From the NCBI GenBank assembly GCA_048571215.1, contig CP182352.1:2784001-2848000 (forward strand): a DNA stretch of 64,000 nucleotides, in the 5' to 3' direction. The DNA comes from Halarcobacter sp. (GTDB lineage Bacteria; Campylobacterota; Campylobacteria; Campylobacterales; Arcobacteraceae). The stretch's first letter is position 1; the number at the start of each line of letters is the position of its first letter. A program made the translations under genes and the position numbers. Positions 30,000 to 40,017 of the stretch are shown here, one piece after another. The notes beneath the pieces were generated by a model, which searched no databases, had not been told where the DNA came from, and worked only from the letters and a program-made list of their open reading frames with translations.

Positions 30000-31334
30000 T
30001 TAAATTTTTATACTTATTGTAGTGTAAGGGTTATATAAAACATTTGCACCATTTTGTATTCTTACATTTCTTCTTTGTGTATAATCAACCAAATAATTTC
30101 CACTACTATCTACAGAAAATTTAGCACATAAACTTGCAGCTTTTTCTATAACATTTTCTGGAATCGTTTTTTTACTATTTTGTACCACCACATGACAAGA
30201 GGGTCTATCTTTTAAGTGAAACCAAAAATCACTAGCTTTGGAGTTTTGTAAAATATAGATATTTTCTCTTTCACTTGTACCTAACATAATTTTATAACCA
30301 CTAAAGAAAAAGCTTTCATAGTTTTGTGCTTTTTTTGTTTTGGTTTGATTTTTTTGTTTTTTAGGGTACAAAAATTCTATCTCATCAGTACTATTAGACT
30401 CTTCAATATTTTTTATAAGTCTTTTTAAAAACTCAATTTTTTCTTCTAAGTTATTCTTTTCAATGCTAATATTGCTTGCTTTATGTTTTGCTTTTTTTGC
30501 TTTTTTAAATAAAGAATTAGAAAAACTTGAAGCTGTCATTAGATAATCCAACTCTATCTCAACCTCTTCACCCTCATAATTAAAAGTTTTTAAAGTTTTT
30601 TGATATGGTTTTATTTGATGTAGATTTGCTAAAATCAAATTTGCTTTTTCATACAAAACAAATGATTCTTTTTCTAAATCCTCTTTTAATGGCAAGGATT
30701 CAAAAGTTTTTTGAAGTTTTTTTAGCTTTTTTGAGAGTTGAGTTATTTTTTGTTTTTTATAATTAGATAGATTTTTCTCTTCAATCTCTTCATACACTTT
30801 ATATAAATACTCTTCTATATTATCTATCTTTTCTATTTTTGGTATAAAGTTTTGCTTAGGAACCTCATCAAGTTTTACTCCAACTTTTACAATTCTACTT
30901 GAAGACTCTTCATCTATATGACGTAAAGCTTCTAAAACAACTCTATTTTCATCAAGTATTATTATATTTGTATACTTTCCTGTAAACTCTAATTGTAAAA
31001 TAGTAGTTAATTTTTTATAAGAAGATGAGGAGTTTACCTCTATATTTATAATTTTATCATCATTATATAGTTCAACCCTCATTACTTTTGAATTATAAAA
31101 CCTTTTTTGTAAGACAACATCAAAGGGTGCATTAAAATCCCTTGTAGACTGTACATACTCTTTTCTTTTATAAACAAGACTATTACCCTTGGACATATCA
31201 AAATATATTTGATTTGAATTATTAAATTCAATTATAATTGTATTATTATCAATTCTCTTTGCAAGCTTTATATTATGGGCATTACTAGATAAATATTGTA
31301 TAATTTCTTTTAGTAGATAGTATTTCACAATCAA
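30000..31334 (-). CDS. NFACT/RqcH (FbpA-like) protein
   Basis: N-terminal LEFTGKYTNIIILD, coiled coil, C-terminal NFACT-R WFHLKDRPSCHV...VDYTQRRNV. Confidence 0.85.
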   Translation of the reverse strand: MIVKYYLLKEIIQYLSSNAHNIKLAKRIDNNTIIIEFNNSNQIYFDMSKGNSLVYKRKEYVQSTRDFNAPFDVVLQKRFYNSKVMRVELYNDDKIINIEVNSSSSYKKLTTILQLEFTGKYTNIIILDENRVVLEALRHIDEESSSRIVKVGVKLDEVPKQNFIPKIEKIDNIEEYLYKVYEEIEEKNLSNYKKQKITQLSKKLKKLQKTFESLPLKEDLEKESFVLYEKANLILANLHQIKPYQKTLKTFNYEGEEVEIELDYLMTASSFSNSLFKKAKKAKHKASNISIEKNNLEEKIEFLKRLIKNIEESNSTDEIEFLYPKKQKNQTKTKKAQNYESFFFSGYKIMLGTSERENIYILQNSKASDFWFHLKDRPSCHVVVQNSKKTIPENVIEKAASLCAKFSVDSSGNYLVDYTQRRNVRIQNGANVLYNPYTTISIKI

Positions 31335-31426
31335 TTCACTTTTATTAATAAAATTTATAAGATGTTTTTTATATTCATTTGATATAATAAACTAATCATA
31401 TCGAAATTTATATTAGGAGAAAGATA

Positions 31427-31750
31427 ATGACTAAACTATTAAAGACAATATTAGCAGGTGCTTTAATATTAACTGTTGCAGGTACTACTGCATCAGCTGA
31501 CGCAGTGAAAGGACAAAAACTTTTCATAAAAAAATTTAAATCATCGTGTGGTTTCAATGGAGCAAAATTTGCAGCAAAACATTCACAAGACGAGTGGGAA
31601 ACTATTATGAATGATGGTAAATTCAAAGATGAATTAATCAAAATTTGCCCAAAAGTTAAACCAGAAGATGTAAAAGATAAATGGATTCAACATATTTATG
31701 ATTTTTCATATGAATATGCAAATGATTCAGGAAATGTTCCATCTTGTTAA
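31427..31750 (+). CDS. Small secreted cytochrome c-like protein lacking CXXCH
   Basis: Signal peptide, DAVKGQKLF start typical of class I cyt c fold, three Cys, ends NVPSC. Confidence 0.7.
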   Translation: MTKLLKTILAGALILTVAGTTASADAVKGQKLFIKKFKSSCGFNGAKFAAKHSQDEWETIMNDGKFKDELIKICPKVKPEDVKDKWIQHIYDFSYEYANDSGNVPSC

Positions 31751-31920
31751 AAAATCAAGGGGTAAGAGTCACTCTTACCTCAAAACTATAAGCTAAACTT
31801 ATATTAAAACTTACTAGTTATTATAACTAATTTTAAACTCAAATTATAAATATTTTTTATCTTACTCTAATCACAAATAGAATAAAATATCATAACACAC
31901 ACGCACACAAAGGACAAAAT

Positions 31921-33534
31921 ATGAAAAAGTCATTAATAGCTTTAATGGCACTTGCTTCTCTTAGTTCATCGGCATTTTCTGCAGATATATCAAACGCAGA
32001 AATGATGAAACAAATAGAGGCATTAAAAGCACAAATTGCAGCCCTTGAAAGTAAAATTTCAAATACTGAATCTGCAACAAAAAAAAATAAAGTATCATTA
32101 GAGAAAATGATAAAAGGAGAATCTGCAACAATAAATGATAAAAGATTCAAAAAGTTAGAAAAAAAAGTTGCTAAAAACTATAAAAAAATCAATGATGTTA
32201 AAACCCATGATGCAAATGATAACATAAAATGGGATGTTGATTTTAGAACACAGTTTGATAATATTCAATATGAACATGCTTCAGGTAAAAAATCTAAAAA
32301 CAATGCCTTACTAACAAATAGATTATGGCTGGGCATGGGTTATTCTCCTGATGATAATACAATCTTTAAGGGATTATTATCGTATAACAAAGCTTTTGGA
32401 GATACTGCAAACCACTCACAATCAAATACAAATCCTGGATATGCAAATTTTGATTGGGTGACTAATGAAAATGCTCTTGATAACACTTTAAAAGTTAAAG
32501 AAGCATATTGGTTATATAAACAAGCTACTCTATTTGGAAGCAAAGTACCTTGGACAGTTTCTGTTGGTAGACGACCATCAACTGATGGTTTAGGAATAAA
32601 CCTAAGAGCTGACCAACAAAGAAAATCTCCCCTCTCTCATACTGTAAATGTTGAATTTGATGGTGTAAGTGCAAGATTTGATTTAGATAAAATTACAGGT
32701 GTTACAGGTATGTGGTGGAAATTTTGTGGAGGTAGAGGTTTAACAAATGCTAAACCTAGATTTCAAAATGATGGCACTGATTATGCAAAAGATGATTCAA
32801 AAAATCCTGATGTAGATATGGCTGGATTTATCTTTGTACCATATGATAATGGTCAATACTCTATTCATACAAACTATGCTAGAGCATTTAATCTAATTGG
32901 ATTTACAAATACTGCACTTGGTGCATATCAAGCTGCATATGGAGCTTATATGGGTTCTCAAAATGCAACAACTGCATATAATTTACAAGCTGCTACACCT
33001 GCATTTAATGATGTTGGAGATATGGATTTAGCAACTATTATGTTTAAAGCATATGGTATAGGAGATGGTATCTCTGATTTCTTAGATGATACAACCTTCT
33101 TTGCATCTGCTGCTATGTCAAAAACTCATCCTAACTCGAAAGGTATGTTAGGTTCTACAAGTTCTGAAACTGGATACTCTTTTTGGATTGGAGCTAATGC
33201 ACCTTGTCCTATAAGTCCAGATGATGCAAGAATAGGAATAGAGTGGAATAAAGGTAGTAAATACTGGCGTTCTATGACTTATGGTGAAGATACTATGGCA
33301 GGAAGTAAGATATCAGCTCGTGGTAATGCTTGGGAAATTTATAGAAATGCTAAGATTACAGATTCATTAAGTTGGCATCTAAGTTATACTTATATCAAAT
33401 ATGACTATACAGGAAGTAATGCCTTCTTTGGTGCAGAAGGTGCACCTATGACAATGGCTCAAGCTGTTGGTGCAGGTCAAGACCCTGTTGAAAAAGCACA
33501 AGATATAAAAGCATATGTAAGATATAGATTCTAA
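31921..33534 (+). CDS. DUF3373-like outer-membrane beta-barrel protein
   Basis: Signal peptide, N-terminal coiled coil, alternating aromatic strands, C-terminal YVRYRF; SVGRRPSTDG motif. Confidence 0.75.
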   Translation: MKKSLIALMALASLSSSAFSADISNAEMMKQIEALKAQIAALESKISNTESATKKNKVSLEKMIKGESATINDKRFKKLEKKVAKNYKKINDVKTHDANDNIKWDVDFRTQFDNIQYEHASGKKSKNNALLTNRLWLGMGYSPDDNTIFKGLLSYNKAFGDTANHSQSNTNPGYANFDWVTNENALDNTLKVKEAYWLYKQATLFGSKVPWTVSVGRRPSTDGLGINLRADQQRKSPLSHTVNVEFDGVSARFDLDKITGVTGMWWKFCGGRGLTNAKPRFQNDGTDYAKDDSKNPDVDMAGFIFVPYDNGQYSIHTNYARAFNLIGFTNTALGAYQAAYGAYMGSQNATTAYNLQAATPAFNDVGDMDLATIMFKAYGIGDGISDFLDDTTFFASAAMSKTHPNSKGMLGSTSSETGYSFWIGANAPCPISPDDARIGIEWNKGSKYWRSMTYGEDTMAGSKISARGNAWEIYRNAKITDSLSWHLSYTYIKYDYTGSNAFFGAEGAPMTMAQAVGAGQDPVEKAQDIKAYVRYRF

Positions 33535-33535
33535 T

Positions 33536-33559
33536 AAAAAGAGGCTAAGCCCTCTTTTT
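33536..33559. terminator. Bidirectional rho-independent terminator
   Basis: AAAAAGAGG-CTAAGC-CCTCTTTTT between convergent genes. Confidence 0.75.
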
Positions 33560-34073
33560 ATTTACTAAAAGAGTATCTATCTAGTTTATAGATTACTTTT
33601 TCTGCTATCTCTAACATAGAGATATTTAATTTCTTAAAATTCTCATCTTTTATATTTACTAATAACTTATCGTATACATTTCCATAAGGATATATTGTAA
33701 AATAGATATAGCTCTTTGATTTACTCTCTTTATCCAATTCTTTAAACCAAACTGCTAAAAGTGAGAAATACAACATAGCAGGATTGAAAGGTTTTCCATC
33801 TTTTAACTCTTTTGAAAGTTGAAAATTTAAAAAGTTATAAGCATCAATAATCGCTTTTATTCTATAGTGACTTGCATTTTTTATATAATATTCATTTGGA
33901 AAGGTACAAACACTCATTTGTTTATACATATCTTCTGATATTTTATTGATATATTGATTAATCTCTTTATCAATATCAAAAATATCCTCTTCTACATCCT
34001 TATACGAGGAGATTAAATCTTTGCAAAAAAGTAGTAAGGCTTCTGTTTTTATCTGTGATAAGTTTAAAATCAT
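33558..34073 (-). CDS. Hypothetical protein
   Basis: 171-aa ORF with ATG start ending at the terminator. Confidence 0.7.
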   Translation of the reverse strand: MILNLSQIKTEALLLFCKDLISSYKDVEEDIFDIDKEINQYINKISEDMYKQMSVCTFPNEYYIKNASHYRIKAIIDAYNFLNFQLSKELKDGKPFNPAMLYFSLLAVWFKELDKESKSKSYIYFTIYPYGNVYDKLLVNIKDENFKKLNISMLEIAEKVIYKLDRYSFSK

Positions 34074-34183
34074 ACACTATTTTAACGAAATTTTGATAAA
34101 AAATTCCACTTAAGAATAAATTTAAGTGCTTTTGCGATAAAATGTATAAATTTAATCAATTATTAATAAAATAAAGGAAATTA

Positions 34184-35992
34184 TTGGAACCTATTGGTAT
34201 TTTAAAAGATGGTCAAATCTATGACCTTCAAACTGCGGAAGCTTTAAACTTAAGTGGAGATGAGATTAAAGCTGATAATTCACCCGAATCTCTAGAGATA
34301 TTAAGACACTCGTGCGCACACTTAATGGCTCAAGCAATAAAAGAGCTATATCCAGAGGCTAAATTCTTTGTTGGACCAGTTGTAAAAGAGGGATTCTATT
34401 ACGACTTTAAAGTAGAAGAAAAAATCTCAGATGAAGATCTTCCTAAAATAGAAAAAAAGATGAAAGAGTTAGCAAATGCTAAACTTAAAATCGAAAGATA
34501 TGAAACATCAAGAGAAGAGATCTTAGAAAAATTTGCAGATGATGAATTAAAACAAGCTGTGCTTAGTAAAATCAAAGATGATACACTAACCATATATAAA
34601 CAAGGGGATTTTGAAGACCTATGTCGTGGACCACATCTACCTAATACAAGAATGATTAGAAGTTATAAACTTACACGTGTAGCAGGTGCTTACCTTGGTG
34701 GTGATGAAAAAAATGAGATGATCACAAGAATTTATGGTATTGCATTTTTTGATAAAAAAGAGTTAAATGACTATGTAAGGATGCATGAAGAAGCTAAAAA
34801 AAGGGATCATAGAAAACTTGGAACAGAACTTGAACTTTTCACATTTAGTGATGATGTGGGAGCAGGTCTTCCAATGTGGCTACCAAATGGAGCACGTCTA
34901 AGATCAAAACTAGAGCATATTTTATACCATGCACACAGAATTAGAGGTTATGAACCAGTACGTGGTCCTGAAATCTTAAAATCTAAGATGTGGGATATCT
35001 CAGGGCACAATGCAAACTATAGTCAAAATATGTACTATACTACTATTGATGAACAAGAATATGCAATGAAGCCAATGAACTGTGTTGGTCATATTCAAAT
35101 TTTTAAGAACTCTTTAGTATCATATAAAGATTTGCCAAAAAAACTTTTTGAATATGGTGTTGTTCATAGACATGAGATGAGTGGAGCTATGCATGGATTA
35201 TTTAGAGTAAGAGAGTTTACTCAAGATGATGCACATATATTCTGTACACAAGACCAAATGAAAGAAGTTATATTTGAAGTTTTAGAATTTGTTGATTCTT
35301 TACTAAAACTATTTGATTTTAAATATGAAATTGAAGTTTCTACAAAACCAGAAAAAGCAATTGGGGATGATGATTTTTGGGAAAAAACAACAAAAGGTAT
35401 CATGGATGCACTTGATGAAAACAATATCTCTTATGGTATTGATGAGGGTGGAGGAGCATTTTATGGTCCAAAAATTGATATCAAAATTCTTGATGCTATT
35501 GGAAGAAAATGGCAATGTGGAACAGTACAAGTAGATATGAACTTGCCTTCTAGATTTGAAGCTGAATTTATTAATGATAAAGGTGAAAAAGAACAACCTG
35601 TTATGATTCACAGAGCTATATTAGGTTCTTTTGAAAGATTTATTGGAATATTAACAGAACACTGTGCTGGTGAGTTTCCATTTGCTATTGCACCAACACA
35701 AGTAATTTTTATACCAATTGCTGATACACATAATGAATATGCAAAAACTCTACAAAAAGAGCTTTTAGCAAATAATATGGATTCTAAAATTTTCAATATG
35801 AATGAAAGTTTAAATAAAAGAATTAGAATGGCAGAAAAACAAAGAGTTCCTATGATTGTAGTTATTGGGGATGAAGAGGTTGAAAACCAAACTATTGCAT
35901 TAAGAGATAGAAGAAAAAGAGAACAGTCAAATATGAGTAAAAATGAATTTTTTACAATGTTAAATGAGTTAAATAAAGGGAGTAAAATTTGA
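34184..35992 (+). CDS. thrS: Threonine--tRNA ligase
   Basis: [46 protein letters not shown]. Confidence 0.98.
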   Translation: MEPIGILKDGQIYDLQTAEALNLSGDEIKADNSPESLEILRHSCAHLMAQAIKELYPEAKFFVGPVVKEGFYYDFKVEEKISDEDLPKIEKKMKELANAKLKIERYETSREEILEKFADDELKQAVLSKIKDDTLTIYKQGDFEDLCRGPHLPNTRMIRSYKLTRVAGAYLGGDEKNEMITRIYGIAFFDKKELNDYVRMHEEAKKRDHRKLGTELELFTFSDDVGAGLPMWLPNGARLRSKLEHILYHAHRIRGYEPVRGPEILKSKMWDISGHNANYSQNMYYTTIDEQEYAMKPMNCVGHIQIFKNSLVSYKDLPKKLFEYGVVHRHEMSGAMHGLFRVREFTQDDAHIFCTQDQMKEVIFEVLEFVDSLLKLFDFKYEIEVSTKPEKAIGDDDFWEKTTKGIMDALDENNISYGIDEGGGAFYGPKIDIKILDAIGRKWQCGTVQVDMNLPSRFEAEFINDKGEKEQPVMIHRAILGSFERFIGILTEHCAGEFPFAIAPTQVIFIPIADTHNEYAKTLQKELLANNMDSKIFNMNESLNKRIRMAEKQRVPMIVVIGDEEVENQTIALRDRRKREQSNMSKNEFFTMLNELNKGSKI

Positions 35993-36525
35993 GTAGAGAT
36001 AAAAGAAAAGACGATGTTATAATGAATGAAGACATTACAGCAAGAGAAGTTAGGTGCACAGGTGATGATGGAACAAATTATGGAATTATTCCAACAAGCA
36101 ATGCCCAACAAACTGCTGATGAATTAGGACTAGATTTAGTTTTAATTGCACCTGATGCTAAACCACCAGTTGCTAAAATCATGGATTATGGAAAATTTAA
36201 ATATCAACAAGAAAAAAAGAAAAAAGACGCTAAGAAAAAACAAAAAGTTATTGTTGTAAAAGAGGTAAAATTTTCTGTAAAAATTGCAGATAATGATATC
36301 AACTATAAAGTAAAACATATTATAGAATTCCTTGAAAAAGGTTACCATGTAAAATGTAGAGTATTTTTAAAAGGTAGAGAGATGGCACACCCTGAAGCTG
36401 GTGCTGAAGTACTTGAAAGAGTATGGCCTATGATTGAAGAATATGCTGCAAGAGATATGGAACCAAAACAAGAGGGAAGATTTGTTAATATGAATGTTGT
36501 TCCTAAAAACGAGCATAAAAAATAA
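35989..36525 (+). CDS. infC: Translation initiation factor IF-3
   Basis: [31 protein letters not shown]. Confidence 0.96.
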   Translation: MSRDKRKDDVIMNEDITAREVRCTGDDGTNYGIIPTSNAQQTADELGLDLVLIAPDAKPPVAKIMDYGKFKYQQEKKKKDAKKKQKVIVVKEVKFSVKIADNDINYKVKHIIEFLEKGYHVKCRVFLKGREMAHPEAGAEVLERVWPMIEEYAARDMEPKQEGRFVNMNVVPKNEHKK

Positions 36526-36676
36526 GCTAAGGTAAATTTAGGAAAAGAGCTCTCAACTCTTTTTCTCTCCCCTTTTTAATACTTCACTTAAACTTTATTA
36601 AAGCTAAATTTAAGTAAAATCTCAAACTTTTTCATAAGATAATTGGAAATGCAAATTTATTAGAAAGGAATCCACG

Positions 36677-36874
36677 ATGCCAAAGATGAAATCTGTAAGT
36701 GGTGCTTTAAAAAGATTTAAAGTAAAAAAGAATGGTTCTATTAAAAGAGGATCAGCTTTTAGAAGCCACATCTTAACTAAAAAATCTCAAAAAAGAAAAA
36801 GAGATTTAAGAGGTCCTCAAACAGTTGCAGAAGTTGATGTAACTAGAGTAAAAAGAATGTTAAACAAAGCGTAA
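36677..36874 (+). CDS. rpmI: 50S ribosomal protein L35
   Basis: MPKMKS...KRFK...HILTKK. Confidence 0.96.
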   Translation: MPKMKSVSGALKRFKVKKNGSIKRGSAFRSHILTKKSQKRKRDLRGPQTVAEVDVTRVKRMLNKA

Positions 36875-36971
36875 TTAAGATTTAATTACATAGTCCCTCC
36901 ACAAAATGTGGACAAGTTCGATTTTATAAAATCGACACCTATTAAAAAAATATGGTAAAGAAAGGAAAAAT

Positions 36972-37331
36972 ATGCCTAGAGTTAAAACTGGTGTAGTAAG
37001 AAGAAGAAGACATAAGAAAGTTTTAAAAGCTGCTAGAGGTTTTTATAGCGGTAGAAGTAAACACTTTAGAAAAGCTAAAGAGCAATTAGAACACTCGTTA
37101 GTATATGCTTATAGAGATAGAAAACAGAAAAAAAGAGATATCAGAAAGCTTTGGATCATCAGAATCAATGCTGCTTGTAGATTAAACGATATTAACTATT
37201 CAAGATTTATGAATGGTCTTAAATTAGCAAATATCGAATTAGATAGAAAAATCTTAGCTGATATGGCTATGAATGATGCGGAAGCATTTACTTCATTAGT
37301 AACTAAAGCAAAAGATGCATTAGCAGCATAA
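36972..37331 (+). CDS. rplT: 50S ribosomal protein L20
   Basis: [33 protein letters not shown]. Confidence 0.98.
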   Translation: MPRVKTGVVRRRRHKKVLKAARGFYSGRSKHFRKAKEQLEHSLVYAYRDRKQKKRDIRKLWIIRINAACRLNDINYSRFMNGLKLANIELDRKILADMAMNDAEAFTSLVTKAKDALAA

Positions 37332-37350
37332 TAATAAATTTGCAAAATAA

Positions 37351-37389
37351 AAAAGGGTTTGAAGTTTAGACTTCAAGCCCTTTTTTTTT
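37351..37389 (+). terminator. Rho-independent terminator after rplT
   Basis: GGGTTTGAAGT-TTAG-ACTTCAAGCCC followed by T9. Confidence 0.85.
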
Positions 37390-37420
37390 GGTTTTTTTGA
37401 GGACATTGAGCTTTGATTTA

Positions 37421-38020
37421 CTCAAATAGTTTTAGATAATTTCAATTGTATGCAGTTGTCTTGTAGAGCGAGGCTCTCCGCTTTCATACTTTTTAATTGT
37501 AAAAAGTATGGCAAAAAGCAACCAGACGGTTCTTGAAGCTAAAGTTCCCTCCAGTTTTATAATTATTTCCTGACCTGCGGGACTTGATATAAAACGTGAC
37601 ATTTAGTCACCTTTTATATCTTCGAACAAGTCCTCGGTCTTCTCCGAAAATAATTAGAAAACTTCCGGCTTCAACAAAGTCTGGACTAAATATACTAGCC
37701 ACAAACTTCCTAATTTAAATTTAACATAACACCAGTTTAAATAAAATGGTACAAAAAAATGTAAAGGTCCTTATCCCACTTTCCCGCATTTGAGAAACCG
37801 AGTGTTTATTTATCTCTTTTGAAAACAAGTGACTAAACTGTTTGAAGCGTAAAGAAACGTTCTGGGAGAACGTTTTAGCAAGTTTTTAGGCACTCAAAAG
37901 GGATAAGTAATAAGCGAGGGAACCTTCGGCTTCGAAACCCGCGGGATAATTTCTTTGCTACTTTCTTTTTTACAAAAGAAAGTTGAGAAAGCCAAGACGT
38001 ACAGTAGAAATTTAACTACA
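37421..38020. repeat. About 600-bp composite palindromic repeat, unit 1
   Basis: 600-nt periodicity with unit 2 (TTTTAATTGTAAAAAGTATG at 37491 and 38091); nested inverted repeats. Confidence 0.9.
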
Positions 38021-38612
38021 CTCAAATATATTGATAATAGTTTTTATTGTCTGCAATTGTCTTGAAGAACAAGTTCTTCGCTTTCATACTTTTTAATTGT
38101 AAAAAGTATGACAAAAAGCAACCAGACGGTTGTCGAAGCTAAAGTTCCCTTCAGTTTTATAATTATTTCCTGACCTGCGGAACGCCTTCCTAAAAGGTAC
38201 ATTCAGTACCTTTTATCCAGTTGAACGGTCCTCGGTCTTCTCCGAAAATAATTAGAAAACTTCCGGCTTCAACAAAGTCTGGACTAAATACACTAGCCAC
38301 GAACTTTCTTTTGCAAATTGAGTATTACACCAATCAAAATAAAATGGTAGTAAAAATGCAAAGGTCCTTATCCCCACCTTCCCGCATTTGAGAAGCCGAG
38401 CGTTTATTTTGCTTTTCGGAAAAGTTTTTCAACTGTCAGAGCGTAAAAAAACGTAACTAACTTACGTTTTAGCGAGTTTTGAAAAACAGAAAAGTGAAAT
38501 AATAAGCGAGGGTAGTTTCACCTTTGAAACCTGTGGGATAATTTCTTTGCTACTTTCTTTTTTATAAAAGAAAGTCGAGAAAGCCAAGACGTGCAGTAAA
38601 AGTTTATTTATA
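38021..38612. repeat. About 600-bp composite palindromic repeat, unit 2
   Basis: Tandem copy of unit 1 with different inner hairpins. Confidence 0.9.
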
Positions 38613-38904
38613 CTCAAATATATTGATAATAGTTTTAACCCTACATACAACATAATATATTTATCATTTTGTTAAACTATCAAAATTTTCATCCAATAGT
38701 CATACAAAATGATATGCTATTAAGGATATACCTTAATAATCTAACATAAAAAATGTTCTACTTTTTCTTATATTATTTTGTATTTCACTAAATTTAGACT
38801 ATTTAAGGCTTATTTGAGTTAATATTTTTACATTTTAATTGTTAAGATATTAGATGTTTTTATACATTATTTATATATAATGTATAACTAATAAGTAGTT
38901 AGTC
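38613..38904 (+). other. Conserved AT-rich segment ending in attI-like site A (crossover G38898/TT)
   Basis: Homologous to 44443-44718; similarity stops at AAGTA-GTTA; AACTAAT-AAGTA-GTTAGTC has an L box/5-bp spacer/R box layout. Confidence 0.65.
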
Positions 38905-38928
38905 GAAAAATTAAAATAAGGAAGTCCT

Positions 38929-39981
38929 GTGAATTTATATGACTATTTGTATGTTGATTTAGATAAAGCAATTTCATTGTACAGTCAGCTCACGGGAGGC
39001 GTTGTTGAGCTTAAGGAAACTCAATCTGAGAAAAGCATCACCTCAGACAACAAAAGAAATTACGATTTCAAAGTGTTTAAACATGATGCAGGTGGAACCA
39101 CTCAAGACAAAGATCAAGACAAAACAACAATCAAGCCTCATCATGCTCTGCTGCAAGAATTGGAAGCAGAATTATTGTCGTCAGGTTATCTCTTGGACTT
39201 AGACGGTCTTGATGGAGACAAAACCCTTAAAGACCTAGAGCTAAGAGCAACATTGAAAAATGCATTATGTATCAAATGCACAGGGTGAATTGTCATTGAA
39301 GACTATGAAAGAATGAAGAAAATTGGTAAAGACTTTCCTGATATCGTGAAACTTATCAATAGGAGTCATGCCGATTCATTAAAAGACAATCCTGAGTATC
39401 AGGCAATTGAACAGCAGATAGAAGAGCTTGAAAATACGACAGGTGATAGAAATAAGAAATCTAAGGCAAAACAAAAAGCAAAAGAATTAAGAGAAGTACT
39501 AGATAATTTAGTTTCCTCATCGACAGCGCTAGATGCTGTACCTCAGTGGATACTGGACGGGATGAGAACATGGATTGATGCTTTCTTGCCCAATATTACC
39601 AATATTCGAGTCTATCCCTTCAAAGATCAAAATGATGAGCATATCTTTGGGCATTTAGACTCAGAAAACTTCACAATTAATGACCCAACTGCGTTCCATT
39701 TCACATACGGGTCCTTTCCAACAGAAGAGTTTACCATACTTGGAATCGTAACCTCAGTACCACTGAATGAGGAGGAAAGCTTCTCCCCATTGGAAGAATT
39801 TGAAAAAGATGAACTAGAAGATTTCGAAAGTGTTGAAAGTGCTTTTCGCGGTATGTTTAGAGGGTTTGACGGTATGGAGGCAATGGTGAGAACTTGTCGA
39901 TATCCAAGAGTGTTAGTGCATCCAATTTTAGTTTATCGTCACACATCACCTAACAAAGCATTGCAGCGGACAAGCCGCTGA
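38929..39981 (+). pseudogene. Integron cassette 1 gene split by in-frame TGA (38929-39288 and 39313-39981); unknown function, possibly DUF6414-like
   Basis: Both ORFs are in the same frame and read KCTG*IVIEDYERMK across the stop; visibly more GC-rich than flanking genes; terminal stop lies inside attC1. Confidence 0.75.
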
Positions 39982-39995
39982 ATGCGGCGTTAGAT
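39948..39995 (+). other. attC site 1 (48 bp)
   Basis: R'' ACCTAAC, 5-nt spacer, L'' ATTGCAGC (extrahelical G), loop GGACAAGCC, L' GCTGAAT, 5-nt spacer, R' GTTAGAT. Confidence 0.88.
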
Positions 39996-40017
39996 AAACA
40001 TAATAAGGAATATTAAA

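Noticed and set aside
34184..36525. Short ThrRS N-terminus and TTG rather than ATT start of infC as novelties
   Set aside because: Both look like ordinary lineage features as far as I recall; nothing in the sequence suggests disruption.
39286..39330. Selenocysteine or recoded TGA in cassette 1
   Set aside because: No obvious SECIS hairpin after the TGA and no redox-motif context; TGA is a normal stop elsewhere in the window.
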